From the NCBI GenBank assembly GCA_038087875.1, contig CM075989.1, positions 7,566,001 to 7,630,000 on the forward strand: a stretch of DNA of 64,000 nucleotides, given 5' to 3'. The first letter of the stretch is position 1; each line of letters opens with the position of its first letter. The position numbers and the translations under genes are program-made. The notes beneath the pieces were generated by a model, which ran no database searches, was not told where the DNA came from, and saw only the letters and a program-made list of their open reading frames with translations. Below are positions 49,587-61,478 of the stretch, piece by piece. Source of the stretch: Malacoraja senta. Taxonomy: Eukaryota.

Positions 49587-52500
49587 TGAGGCCTGGAGTT
49601 GCCTTCCTGTCCCTTTTTCCTGCTTTAAAACACTCCTTAAAGCCCAATTATTTCAATAGGCTTTTGATTACCAAGCTAATTCCCAATGACTTAGTAGTTA
49701 TAGAATCTTGTAGATTATACGCCCTGTGAAACACTATTGTATGTTTAGCTGTGCGAAAGATGTTCTGTAAATATTCGTTCTTATTGTTGACCACCTCAGT
49801 TGTGGTTGAAGTTAGGAATTAATTGAACTTTTCTTCAAAAGTGCTTAAAAGTTCTTGCGGTTGTCTGAACACTTGTCCACTCCTCAAGCTCACAGTGTGG
49901 TGTTTCCCAGAACCCTGCTTCGTTGTGTAACTCGATTTTCTACATTTCTTTATGCGTTGCCTCTTTCGAATGTTGTGAAAATGCATATTTGAGATATGTA
50001 ATTTTGAAAGAATCAATTGGCCGGGGGATATTGTGGTATTGTCAGTACTCGTACAGAGGGACAGCCCCATAACACTAGGGGAGGTTTGGTGACTGATCGC
50101 AAACATCAAAGGGCCTCATTACCATAATAACCCTATCACTCTCCAATCCACAAAGCAGAATTTCTTTCAAACAGATGCAAAAGCCTTTAGAGTGCAATGT
50201 TTCAACTTTACACCCACATCCACACCCTTGCCTCCAGAGGAAACATTTGGACTGTTCGTTCACTTAAATACAACAACAAAAATGGACTCTCATTTACTCA
50301 GCACGTTTTCAAGTCTTCCCAAAGTGCTTGACATTTACATTTAAATTTAATTTAATTGACGTCTGATTAAAGGTCTCAACCTGAAATGCTTCTCTCCAGA
50401 GATGCTGCCTGATCCACTGAGTTACTCCAGCATTTTGTGTCTATCTTCGGTGTAAACCAGAATCTGCAGTTCCTTCCTACACATTTAATGTATTAGATTG
50501 TAAAAGAGTAATATAATGAAGGAAACAATGAGATTATGTTTCATTTGTACATTTGGGTGAGAGTCTGGGTGTATTGTGTACAGTATGGGTCTCTTTAAGG
50601 AAGAATAGTAAGATTAAACGAGAACTTACCAGTTTGAAGTTTGATCTTTATTTTATGAGGAGTTACGTTGGTGATTACATGAGGAACCCCGCCAGTGCGC
50701 CTGCGCGTCAATCTTCGAAGCAGCGGTGTGAAATCACAAAAAACAACAAACGAAGTAATATAGTAACATAATAAAACAAGTAATTCAAGAACTTCCATCT
50801 GACCTTTATGATAGAGGGTTGGGTCGTGGTGGGCACGTAATCACCAACGTAACTCCTCATAAAATAAAGATCAAAACTTCAAACTGGTAAGTTCGCGTTT
50901 AATCTTACTATTTTACTTCGGAGTCACGTGAGTGACTACGTGACGATTTTAAAGCTTTGTGATTTCATGTCCGCAGACAAATCCCGGCTTCTCACTGCAT
51001 TGATTGACTCGGAACGAGAAATAATCAATAATGCATGAATAATAAAATTTGCCTGACAAATGCAGTAAAAAATTCATTTATTTGAATAAAAGAATTAACA
51101 GTATCCCCTTTAACCCAGGGAAATTTAAGCAGAACTTAATATAGTATCTGCAAACAGCCCCGTATTGGCAATAGGCCGATGGTAAAAGTGTTGAAACACC
51201 AACTTATTAGATCACCCGGCGGCTGTGAAAATATGGTCGACGGGACGTCCTTCGCCCTGGTCGTCAATGTTGCTGCTAAACTGAATGGAATATAAAACCA
51301 TCAATGTTCACACCTGCAGCAACCAAAACTTGTTAAAATAGTCTGAACTGACACTATCTTGTATGGTTTTTCGTGAATGATAAACAATCTTGTTTTCATA
51401 TTTCATAAGACCTTTGTAGCCTCAATGTATTGCAACAAATATGTCTTAACATATAGACATGGATCCATAGAATATGCTAATAAAACACTCTTGCATCCTT
51501 TCACACCTGATCCTACTTCATTTGAGTAGGTCATAAAATGTAAAACATAACATAATCCTGAGGTACTTCCATCCTGTGTATCTGTAACTTTTGTAATGTT
51601 ACAAGTGCCATAAGCATGACTACCTTCATGCTGAACTTGGCCAAATCAGAATCGTACCAAGACTCCATAGATGAAGTAGCTTAAAACAACTCTATATTCC
51701 AGATTCCCTCCTAGGTTTAGAAGGTCTGGAATTTAAATTCCTTTCATTAATCTGGAAATAAAAGAACAAAACTCAACAGGATGTCTTTCCAACCTCATCA
51801 ATAAAAACAAGGAATAATATACTTCTGTCTGAATAAATCGCACTAACTCAACCCCTTAAATAGAGGTAAATCCAACACATTTGAGACATGTGCCATACAA
51901 CATTCCATATTCTTTTGATACACAGAAAATTTCCCCCCTCATTCTTTACATAATGGGAAAGCAGCATTTACAGAGTCACAACTCAGATTCACAAATGTAC
52001 TGCTTTTGAGTACTCTTCCGCCAGACTGCTGTAAGCATGTTCACAGCATGCCCAGACAATCCTCTTTTTTAAAACCTGCATCCATACAGGCATATGACGG
52101 ATGTTACTCTCCAATTATCGAATACACCAGAAACTTCCTTCTTTTGGGAACATTTATCGGAAACTGTGTCATAAATTCCAATATCAAAGGGAACCATGGC
52201 TGCGTAGACCTGTCTGGTACCACGAATACCCCAGAGGCAGCATACTGCTTCATTTTAAGCAGACACCAATTTATGAGACAGGATGAAGTAAAATGCCTAT
52301 AACAACATACCATCCTAATATAGCGAGAAACATCCATCGCTACTGTCTCCCGATGTAGTCCCATAACACATATCTCTGTAACTGGTGATTGAGTCTGGAT
52401 GGAAACAAGTCATATCTGGCTTCCCAAATCTGACTATTATATCATTAAAAAATCTTAAGGTTAAACATCCATTCTTTGTTATCATGGAAATTCCACCCAT

Positions 52501-54543
52501 ACAATTAATACATGCCATTGCTGTAGTGTTGTTAATTTGAAACTGAACATGCAGATTAGTTGTATTAAACAACAAGCTTGTAGCTCATAAGCCTTCCAAT
52601 ACTTTAAAATGTCGATTCTCCATGTCTGTAAAATAATACTTCTTCCATATTCCATCTGTCCACAGATGGATACCTTTTCAGTGGCACCAATCCTAGTACA
52701 CTGATATCAGTCTGTTAAGACCATGGAAGGCTGTTCAATCCGTATCTTGCTTGAACTACTGAAAACATGTTAAATCCACTACTGCAATCAGAAGCAGCAT
52801 TTGTTGTTTAATTGCATGGCCTATCAAAAAATGGCCATCATGCATCTTAGTGTTTTTTCTTTTTGCAGTCTGCAGCTGCTGGTAGTACAATGGCCCATAT
52901 TGTATTGCTGGAAATAACACTAATTCTCCTAACAAGCTGGCCACCTGTCTTAATTGAAGATTGTTGCTTTTCTAACTGCTTAATACAACCATCAATTAGC
53001 TTTACCCTTTACCCTGGGTAAATTACTACCCTTTCAATTGAATCAAATAATCAATTGTTGTAAGTATCGTTAAACTTAATTTCTCTCTGGATGAATTAAA
53101 CCCAACTTTCAAAAGTGGTTTGGATAATTTGAGAGAGATAACTCACTAATTCTCTTGTTCGTCCTAATTAGGACATCATCCAGTTAAGCCACCCACATCT
53201 GTCCTTGGAGTCTAATTAGCCCCAAAATTGGTTTTACCAATTTAGTGAAATTCTAGGAACTGAAGTTAACCCGTTAGACAGAACTTTGAATTGCCATAAT
53301 TGTTCCTTCAGATAATTTTATCTTATAAATGAACAAACACTAAGTAATATACATCTTTCAGATCTATGTGCCATAAAACATCTTTTTTGAAATAAATTGT
53401 TTGGCAGTCTCAAAGTCTCCATTTTGAAGTGTCTATACTTCACAAAATTTTAAAGACTTGTCAGATCTAAAATACTCCTCACCTTTTTAGGTTGAGAAAT
53501 TTTAAACACAATTTGGTGGTTATGATAAACCGACCTTTCAATTACTTGTTTCTAAACAAGTTTTTAATTCAGCTTGAACCTCCATCAATTATTTTATGTG
53601 AAATTGGAGTGTTCTGCTTGGAACATGCTGGATGGCAAACCAGTATTTGAATCGAATCAATTCAAAACCTTTCTATAATACTCAGAATAATAATTGAAGT
53701 AATTTGCTTCCAATATTTGGCTGTTTTTGCCTTAATATGTTCCCATAAGAACCAGGTCCACCTACCTCCTTTGTCATCTGAGTGACCTGTGGTCTCTGGC
53801 TCCTGGCAGGCAAAACCCACACTTTTTTGTTTTCCTGCTGCAGGACATCAACTGCGCACCTGCTTCAATGGTCGATTTGATCCTGATATCGGTCCAGGAT
53901 TTTGTATGATGTCTGAAAGGATACGTCCTCTTTGCAGACTTGACGACCATTGATGTTATGATCAACTTTGCTGTTTTTGCCTCATTATCCAACTCTTTCC
54001 CACGATTCATGAGGTTTTTTCTCTGAAGAATAAGTTGAATGACTGCACATTGCTGGGCTTTACAGAGTTGCTGCAACTTTGGGTTGATGGTGGACCGAAT
54101 GGCATACTTCCTGAAACAATTCATCTTGAAGTGGGTGCTACATAGCAACCTTAGTGCCACTTGATGCATCTCCATCCATGGCCTCCATCCATTGTTTTGC
54201 AAATTGCAGTTGTTCATCAACCCAGCAGCTTCAATATTCTCTGCAGTTTACTTTCCTTAGGCTTACATGCCTTCGCCCATCTGACCCCTTATATCTTGGT
54301 TCACTGCTAGTACTTTCAGCAATACGCAGTTCCTTGGGATCTCGTGCTTTTTTGGCATTTTCATCCATCGTAAGCTACTAGAGCTGATGGCAGACACAAT
54401 AGTTGATCACAGAGGCCACTTCCTTTCCAAGTGGCTCTCCTGACTCTGACGGGGCAGCGAATCATACTGCCAGGAGTAAAACATCTGGTAGCTGCCGTCT
54501 TCGCTTGTATCGGCCTCACCGTCAGACTCAGGGTCAGAACTCT

Positions 54544-57228
54544 TGCTTTGTCCACGTTTACAAAGGTTGTACGAGTATATCTATACTCAACAGAAACTTC
54601 CAGACACCTTAAATGAATCTATAATAACACTTATTCCTAAAGCTGATAAAGATCTGGAAGACCCGGGATCATATAGAGCAATCGCACTTTTAAATACAGA
54701 TCAGAAAATATTAACTAAAATACTAGCGAATAGATTAAGTACAATGATGAATAAATTAATACACCCTGATCAAACAGGCTTTATTCAGAAACGGTACTCA
54801 TATTATAACCTAAGAAGATTATTTAATATTATATATTCCAAGAGAAATATTAATGAAGATCTAGCAATAATCTCACTTGACGCTGAAAAAGCATTTGATC
54901 AGGTCGAATGGTCTTATTTATTTTCGGTGATGGAAAATATGCAGTTAGGGGAGAAATTCTGTACATGGATAAAACTGTTATATACAAATCCCACGGCTAG
55001 AATATTTACAAACCAAAGGTTGTCATCTAAATTTAGTCTATCTAGAGGTTGTAGACAAGGATGCCCGTTATCTCCATTATTATTTGCGCTCGCTATTGAG
55101 CCACTTGCAGAAAGAGTCAGGGGGCATCCGGAAATACACGGATATAACACAAAGGACACAGTGAATAAGATTTCTCTATATGCAGATGATGTATTAATTT
55201 ATATTACAAAACCAGAAATTAGTATTCCAAACTTATTAAAGCTAATAACCCAATTTGGTTCACTTTCAGGATACAGAATAAATTGGAATAAAAGTGAAAT
55301 TATGCCAATAAGGGAACATAACAAACAGATAATACAACAATATCCATTTAAAATAGTAAAGGAAAAATTTAAATATCTAGGTATTTATATAACTAAGAAA
55401 TATACATCATTATTTAAAGCAAATTTTCCACCATTACTAAATAAACTACATAAGAATATTCAATACTGGAAAACACTTCCTATCTCAATGGTAGGCAAAA
55501 TTAATGCCATAAAAATGATTTTTTTACCGCAAATATTATACCTGTTTCAGACATTACCGATATATCTGGCAAAAACCTTTTTTAAAAAACTGGACTCTAT
55601 TGTTAATGATTTTATCTGGGATTATAAGAATCATAGGATAAACAAAAGACATTTGTGTAAATCAAAAATAAATGGAGGCTTGGTTTTACCCAACTTTTTG
55701 TTTTATTTCTGGGCAGTTAATATTAAAAATATGAATTTCTGGTTGGAAGAAATAGATCATCAACCAGACTGGTTAAAAATGGAAAAGGAAGATTGTTTAC
55801 CTTTTGATATCGGTTCGATTTTATTTGCTACGTCTAAATTAAACAAAAAAATTTATAGGGAAAACCCTATAATATTTAGTGCTATACGAATTTGGAAACA
55901 ATTAAAAAAGACATTAAAATTAGATAATTTATCACTTTTTCTTCCAATTGTGAATAACCCTTTGTTTAAGCCTTCATGGTTGGACGGGGGTTTTACACAA
56001 TGGAAGAATTATGGAATTAAAAATATGGGACAACTTTACAAGGAAGGCACTTTTCTGACATTTCAGGAGTTGCAACAGACTTACGGACTTCGAGGAAATG
56101 ATTACTTCAGATATCTTCAACTTAGAGATTACGTAAAATCAAATACTCAAAATTTTAGAATTAGAAATTCAGAAATTCTTGATGAATGTTGGAACAAACA
56201 TCCTAATACAGAAAAATTAATATCATATATATATAATATCTTATTAGACAGTGACATTCCATCGACGGACTTACACAGACAAACATGGGAAAAAGAATTA
56301 AATCAAATAATAACGAAAGATACTTGGGAAGAAAGTTTGCAACACATACATCAATGTTCATTAAACGCCAGACATTCTCTAATACAATTTAAAGTAATAC
56401 ATAGGTTACATTATTCTAAAACAAAACTACATAAAATTTTTCAACATATCTCACCTATATGTGATAAATGTCAACATTTAGAAGCTACCTTATCTCATAT
56501 GTTTGCAAACTGTATAAAAATTAAACAATTCTGGGTAAATATTTTCAGTATAATATCTAAAGTAACCAGCACACAATTGGACCCAGACCCAAAATTAATA
56601 ATACTTGGAATATTAGAATTAAATCAAACATTTAGAACAACACAAAGAAACTTTATTGATTATAGTTTAATAACAGGAAAAAAAATAATTCTAAAATTTT
56701 GGAAAGGCCCCTACGACCCCCACAATCAAAATGTGGATTATAGAAATGACGGAGACCTTAAACGTGGAAAGAATCAGACTCTCCCTGTTGGACAAACAGG
56801 AATTATTCATTGGAACATGGTCTCCTTTTATTGATTACCTAAAGGGTCAGAACAGTTCAGCACAGGAACCTGACTAACACCCGGGCTAAAGAATGGATGA
56901 AATGCTATATCTAGAAATGTACGAATATATCTCGAATGAAGTTTTCTATTTTAATAAATTTTTCCATTCTCCTTTAACTATCTTTTCTCAATTTTTTTGT
57001 TTTTTTTGGGTTTTTTTTGTTTTATTATTATTTTTTTTTTTCTCTTCTCTTTCTTTTCTTTCTTTACTTCATCTTTCTCTTTAGTTCTATTTAGTTTAAA
57101 AAAAAAAAGCAAAAAGTATTGGAGACATTGTAATAATATTTAACAATATTATCAATTTAAAAAATGTAAGACTGTAAGACTGTAATGATGTAACTAGGTT
57201 GTGTACGCATCTCCAATAAAAAAATATT

Positions 57229-57261
<33 letters not shown>
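54544..57261 (+). mobile_element. 5'-truncated L1 (different family from the 12.6-19.2 kb copy) with 8-bp TSD
   Basis: RT (LDAEKAFD, RQGCPLSP, YADD) and CDKC..H..C; AATAAA 57215-20; poly(A) to 57261; TSD AGAACTCT at 54536-43 and 57262-69. Confidence 0.95.
54546..56877 (+). pseudogene. Truncated L1 ORF2 (RT + C-terminal domain) with one +1 frameshift near 56708-56711
   Basis: Open for ~720 codons; after the C run the alternative frame reads TPTIKMWIIEMTETL...TWSPFIDYL..* (stop 56875-77), collinear with the intact ORF2. Confidence 0.85.
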
Positions 57262-57267
<6 letters not shown>

Positions 57268-59349
57268 CTCACAGAGCAGCAAATTGTACTGCCAGGAATA
57301 GCCCATCTGGCAGCTGCCGTCTTCGCTTGTTTTGGAAACTCTGTTGACCCTGTGCACGCGCCTCATCAATGAGGGTGCTATCAAGCAGCCCTTTACTAGG
57401 TGCTGCTGACCTGGCTTCTGGAGCCTGGTTCTGACATCACTCCTCCTGGAGTATGTTTTGTTGGAGCAACCTGTGTACAGGTTCTCCATTTGGAATATCC
57501 ATTGGAATGGCCTAATTCTGATCCTAAAACTTATGAGTTTATGAACAGCACTGGAAACGGTTTAGGAACAGCAGGAACTTTAAGCACTTTTGTGGAAAAG
57601 CACAGGCATTTATTCCCAGCTTCTACCACAACTGAGGTGGTCAACAATAAGAACAAACATTTATAGAACATTGTTAACCGTTCAGAGAGGGGTTACTGGG
57701 GTGGTTAGCTTCATGGGGAAAGGTTACACAGGCTAGGCTTGGGGTCACCGCTCGAAATAAGGGGTGTGTGGGTGTGTGTGTGTGTGGGGGTGGTGGGGGG
57801 GGGGGGGGTTCAGAAGGGTGAGAAGGATTTTGACCGAAATGCATAATACCTGAGTGTTCTTGACAGGGTGGATGTGGAGATTGATGTCCCCGCTTGGGGT
57901 CAACGCTCGAAAATAAGGGGCTCGCTCATTTAGGAATGAGACGGGGCAGATTTTTGCTTCTCTGAAGGAACCCTGCTCCCATTGTCCTTTTGGCAAGCGA
58001 GCGTCTGAAGTTTTTTCATAAGCAGAGGCATATAGATTTGTGATAGTGAGAGATTGGAAGGCTACATCCAGTGTTGAGCTTGCAGTGGGAAAGGCAGAGC
58101 AGCCTCAAGATGCCGGGAGGTGTATCCATGCGAAGATAGACACAAAATACTGGAGTAACGCAGCGGGACAGGCAGCATCTCTGGAGAGAAGGAATGGGTG
58201 ACGTTTTGTCAGGGGAGGGGGCGGTACAGAGATAGAATGTAGTCGGAGACAGTAAGACGGATGGGGGTGGGGATGGAGAGAGAGGGAAAGCGAGGGGCTA
58301 TTTGAAGTTAGGTGTATTCATGCGCCTGGTCTGTGTGTTCATTGTTTAGTTTGCATTGGATTATCAATAGGTTCTGCCTGATCTGGAATATAGGGCGAAA
58401 AATCCTACGGTGCTGCATTTGAAGAGAAGGGGAGATCCCTCTAATGTCCCAGGACCAACACCTCTCATCATATCGGAAGAATATGTGTAGGAATGAACTG
58501 CACATGCTGGTTTAAACCAAAGATAGACACACAATCACCGTCATCCATTCTGTAACTTGGCATCATGTTTAGCACAAACATCGTGGGCCGATGGGCCCGT
58601 TCCTGCGCTGTGTTGTTCTACCACTTGCCAGGCTTCTCTCCCCCCCCTACTACCCCATCAGCCTGAAGGAGAGCTCTGGCCCGAAACGCCACCTGTCCAT
58701 TCCATGCCATGCCAGGTGCCGCAAGACCCGCTCAATTCCTCCAGCACTTGGTGCTTTGCTTAAGATCACAGCATCTGCAGTTCCTTGTGTCTCCATTAGA
58801 CATTTTATCTTTGTGTAGGGGATTTTTTTTTTTTTGTGTGCAACTTCCTGCATGCAAATTGGTCGTTGCCTGCCCTGTGTTCACCAAAGATCCTACAGCT
58901 ATGGGATTCTTTGGTGTTCACCTGTCACTTCCAAAATACCTCTTTGTGACATTCCCGGATGGTGCAATGCCGCCTGAATGTTGTTACCAGAAGGCTGCAC
59001 TGACCCACCAAGTCGTTAAGCTGGTGGCTTTCACTGCCATTGTGCAATGTTGAGCTGTTTCTGAATGGATGTGACGCAATGTGGCCTCTTTGCTCCCCTG
59101 TGGCCTTACAGTAAAACAAGGGTGAAGCATTTCCTGGTTTCACGCTCTCCTGGGGATTTGGCCCCACCCCTTCCTTCAGCTGACTGGTCTTGGGTTTCTG
59201 TGTAATTTCTGATCCTGGTAGCGATCGCCCATACATATGCTTGCCGCAGAGCAGCAGAGAGGAGAGTAGGCAGAGAGCGGGGTGAATGAGGACTGCTGCT
59301 TGCCTCTGAGGTGCAGAGTGGTGTGAGCTCCAGAGTTTCTCCAGCACAC

Positions 59350-59426
59350 ATGAGAGACGCGATGAGAATCATTCAGTGCATCCCTAACATCAGTGCCCCC
59401 ATACGGACTGGTCCTTCCTGGATATG
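59350..59426 (+). CDS. Candidate alternative first coding exon of NADK (MRDAMRIIQCIPNISAPIRTGPSWI-W)
   Basis: ATG at 59350, open for 77 nt (25 codons + 2), then consensus donor TG|GTGAGT. The phase matches the 63780 exon, it lies in non-repetitive sequence 4.35 kb upstream, and there is no homology support. Confidence 0.45.
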
Positions 59427-59684
59427 GTGAGTCTTGAGTGGGGGGGGACCTCGGTTGTAATCCTCTTGTTATTGTACCCGCTGCTTTACATGTACACTGA
59501 CGCTTTACAGAGATCCGTTGTCAAATAAAGTGTCCGCTTTTGGAGGTCCTGACAGGTGTGTGAATCTCAGTCCGAGCTCGCCAACTGACGGAGTCTCCTG
59601 ATCCACAGTGCTCTCCGTTTGGCTGCTGGAGTAGTTTCTGCTGCATTGATGATCCCAGTTTACGATAGACTTTCCCACCGAGGA

Positions 59685-60290
59685 TGCGTGTGTGTGTGTC
59701 TATCCGTCTCTCTCTCTCTCTCTCACTCTCTCTCTGTAATCGCTCTGTCTCTGTCTCTGTCTCTGTCTCGCTCTCTCTCTCTGTCTCTGTCTCTCGCTCT
59801 TCTAGGTCTCTCTCTATCTCTATGTCTTTCTCGCTGTCTCTCTCTGTCTGTCTGTCTCTCTCTCTATGTCTCTATGTCTCTCTACCCTTTCTCTCTGTCT
59901 CTCTCTGGGTCGGTCTCTCTCTGTCTCTCCCTCTGTCTCTCCCTCTGTCTCTCCCTCTGTCTCTCTCTGTGTTTCTCTCTGTGTCTCACTCTCTGTCTCT
60001 CTCTCTGTCTCTCTCTCTCTCTGTCTCTCTCACTCTGTCTCTCTGTCTGTCTCTCTCTCTCTCTGTCTCTCTGTCTCTCTGTCTCTATCTCTGTCACTGT
60101 GTGTGTGTGTGTGTGTGTCTCCCTCTCTCTGTCTGTCTCTCTATGTCTCTCTCGTTCAAGCCTTGGTTTGAATGACTATGAAATTTTGTTCAAGCCTTGG
60201 TTTGAATGACAATAAATAGCATTCAATTCAATTCTCTGTGTCTCTTTCTCTGTCTCTCTCTGTGTCTCTCTCTGTCTCTCTCGCTCTCTC
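59685..60290. repeat. Compound (CT)n/(CTGT)n/(GT)n microsatellite
   Basis: Directly visible; includes a 23-bp direct repeat at 60154-76 and 60188-210. Confidence 0.95.
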
Positions 60291-60464
60291 CGCATTTAAC
60301 GGCCTCGGGTTGTCTACCTTGCAGCAAACTGCAATTGTCGTTTCCAGAAAGGAAGTTTTTGAACTTGATGATGACAGCAGAGAATTTGAACTGCATCAGT
60401 TTTTTTTGCATTTAATGTTCCCTCAGGATGGTGGGGAAACTGAAGAGGTATTGGCCGTTGATCA

Positions 60465-60695
60465 GTTTAGTTTGGTTTAGTTTGGAGTCCACACCGACCA
60501 GCGATCCCTGCACATTAACACTGTTCTACACTAGGGACAATTTTTACATTTATACCAAGCCAATTAACGTACAAATCTGTATCTTTGGAGTGTGGGAGCA
60601 AACCGAAGTTCTCAGAGAAAACCCACACAGGTCACGGGTCGAACCCCAGGTCTCTGGCGCTGTAAGGCAGCAACTCTACCGCTACGCCACCATGC
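60465..60695 (-). mobile_element. HE1-like SINE (another partial copy at ~61483-61626)
   Basis: Reverse-complement match. Confidence 0.8.
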
Positions 60696-60729
60696 TACAA
60701 GATCAGTGGAATAATTTTATGCATCTTTC

Positions 60730-61478
60730 CATAGAAAATAGGTGCAGGAGAAGACCATTCGGCTCTTCGAGCCAGCACTGCTATTCAATGTGATCATGGC
60801 TGATCATCCATTGTCAGTACCCCGTTCCTGCCTTTCCCCCATAACCCTTGATTCCTCTAGCCCCAAGAGCTCTATCTAACCCTCTTTTGAATGCATCCAG
60901 TGGATCGGCCTTTTGAGGCAGAGAATTCCACAAATGCACAACTCTTTGGGTGAAAAGGTTTTTCCCCATCTCAGTTCTAAATGGTCTACCCCTTAATCTT
61001 AAACTGTTGCCCCTGGTTCTGGACTCTCCCAACATCGGGGACATGTTTCCTGCATCTAGCTTGTCCAATCACGTAAGAATTTTATATGTTTCTATAAGAT
61101 TCCCTCTCATCCTTCTAAATTCCAGTGAATACAAGCCCAGTCGTTCCATTCTTCCATCAGATGACAGTCCCGCCATACCGGGAATTAACCTCGTGAACCT
61201 ACGCTGCACTCCCTCAATAGCAAGAATGTCCTTCCTCAAATTAGGAGACCAAAACTGCACACAATACTCCAGGTGTGGTCTCACCTGGGCCCTGCACAAC
61301 TGCAGAAGAAGCTCTTTGCTCCTAAACTGAAATCCTCTTGTTATGAAGACCAACGTGCCATTAGCTTTCTTCACTGCCTGCTATACCTGCATGCTTACTT
61401 TCATGTGCTTACTGATGTACAAGGACACCCAGGTCTCGTTGCACTTCCCCTTTTCCTAATCTGACACCATTCAGATAA
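60730..61478 (-). mobile_element. CR1 3' fragment
   Basis: VRPHLEYCVQFWSP...[11 protein letters not shown]...FTQRVVHLWNSLP; CR1 3'UTR. Confidence 0.9.

Larger units (their letters stand above)
50604..57490 (-). mobile_element. Decayed DIRS1-type tyrosine-recombinase retrotransposon, 5' end missing, interrupted by L1
   Basis: gag-like ALRLLCSTHFKMNCFRKYAIRSTINPKLQQLCK (53774-54220); RT/RNaseH remnants FPAIQYGPLYY (~52900) and HVQFQINNTTAMACINCMGG (~52500); YR C-terminus PVDHIFTAAG*SNKLVFQHFYHRPI (~51170-51250); terminal/ICR inverted repeat 50604-78 vs 50837-912. Confidence 0.85.

Noticed and set aside
54465..57330. 44-bp flanking repeat as the L1 TSD
   Set aside because: It is diverged and offset from the junctions; the true TSD is AGAACTCT.
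59619..60209. Long ORFs rich in S/L/C or R/E/Q
   Set aside because: Translations of the CT microsatellite.
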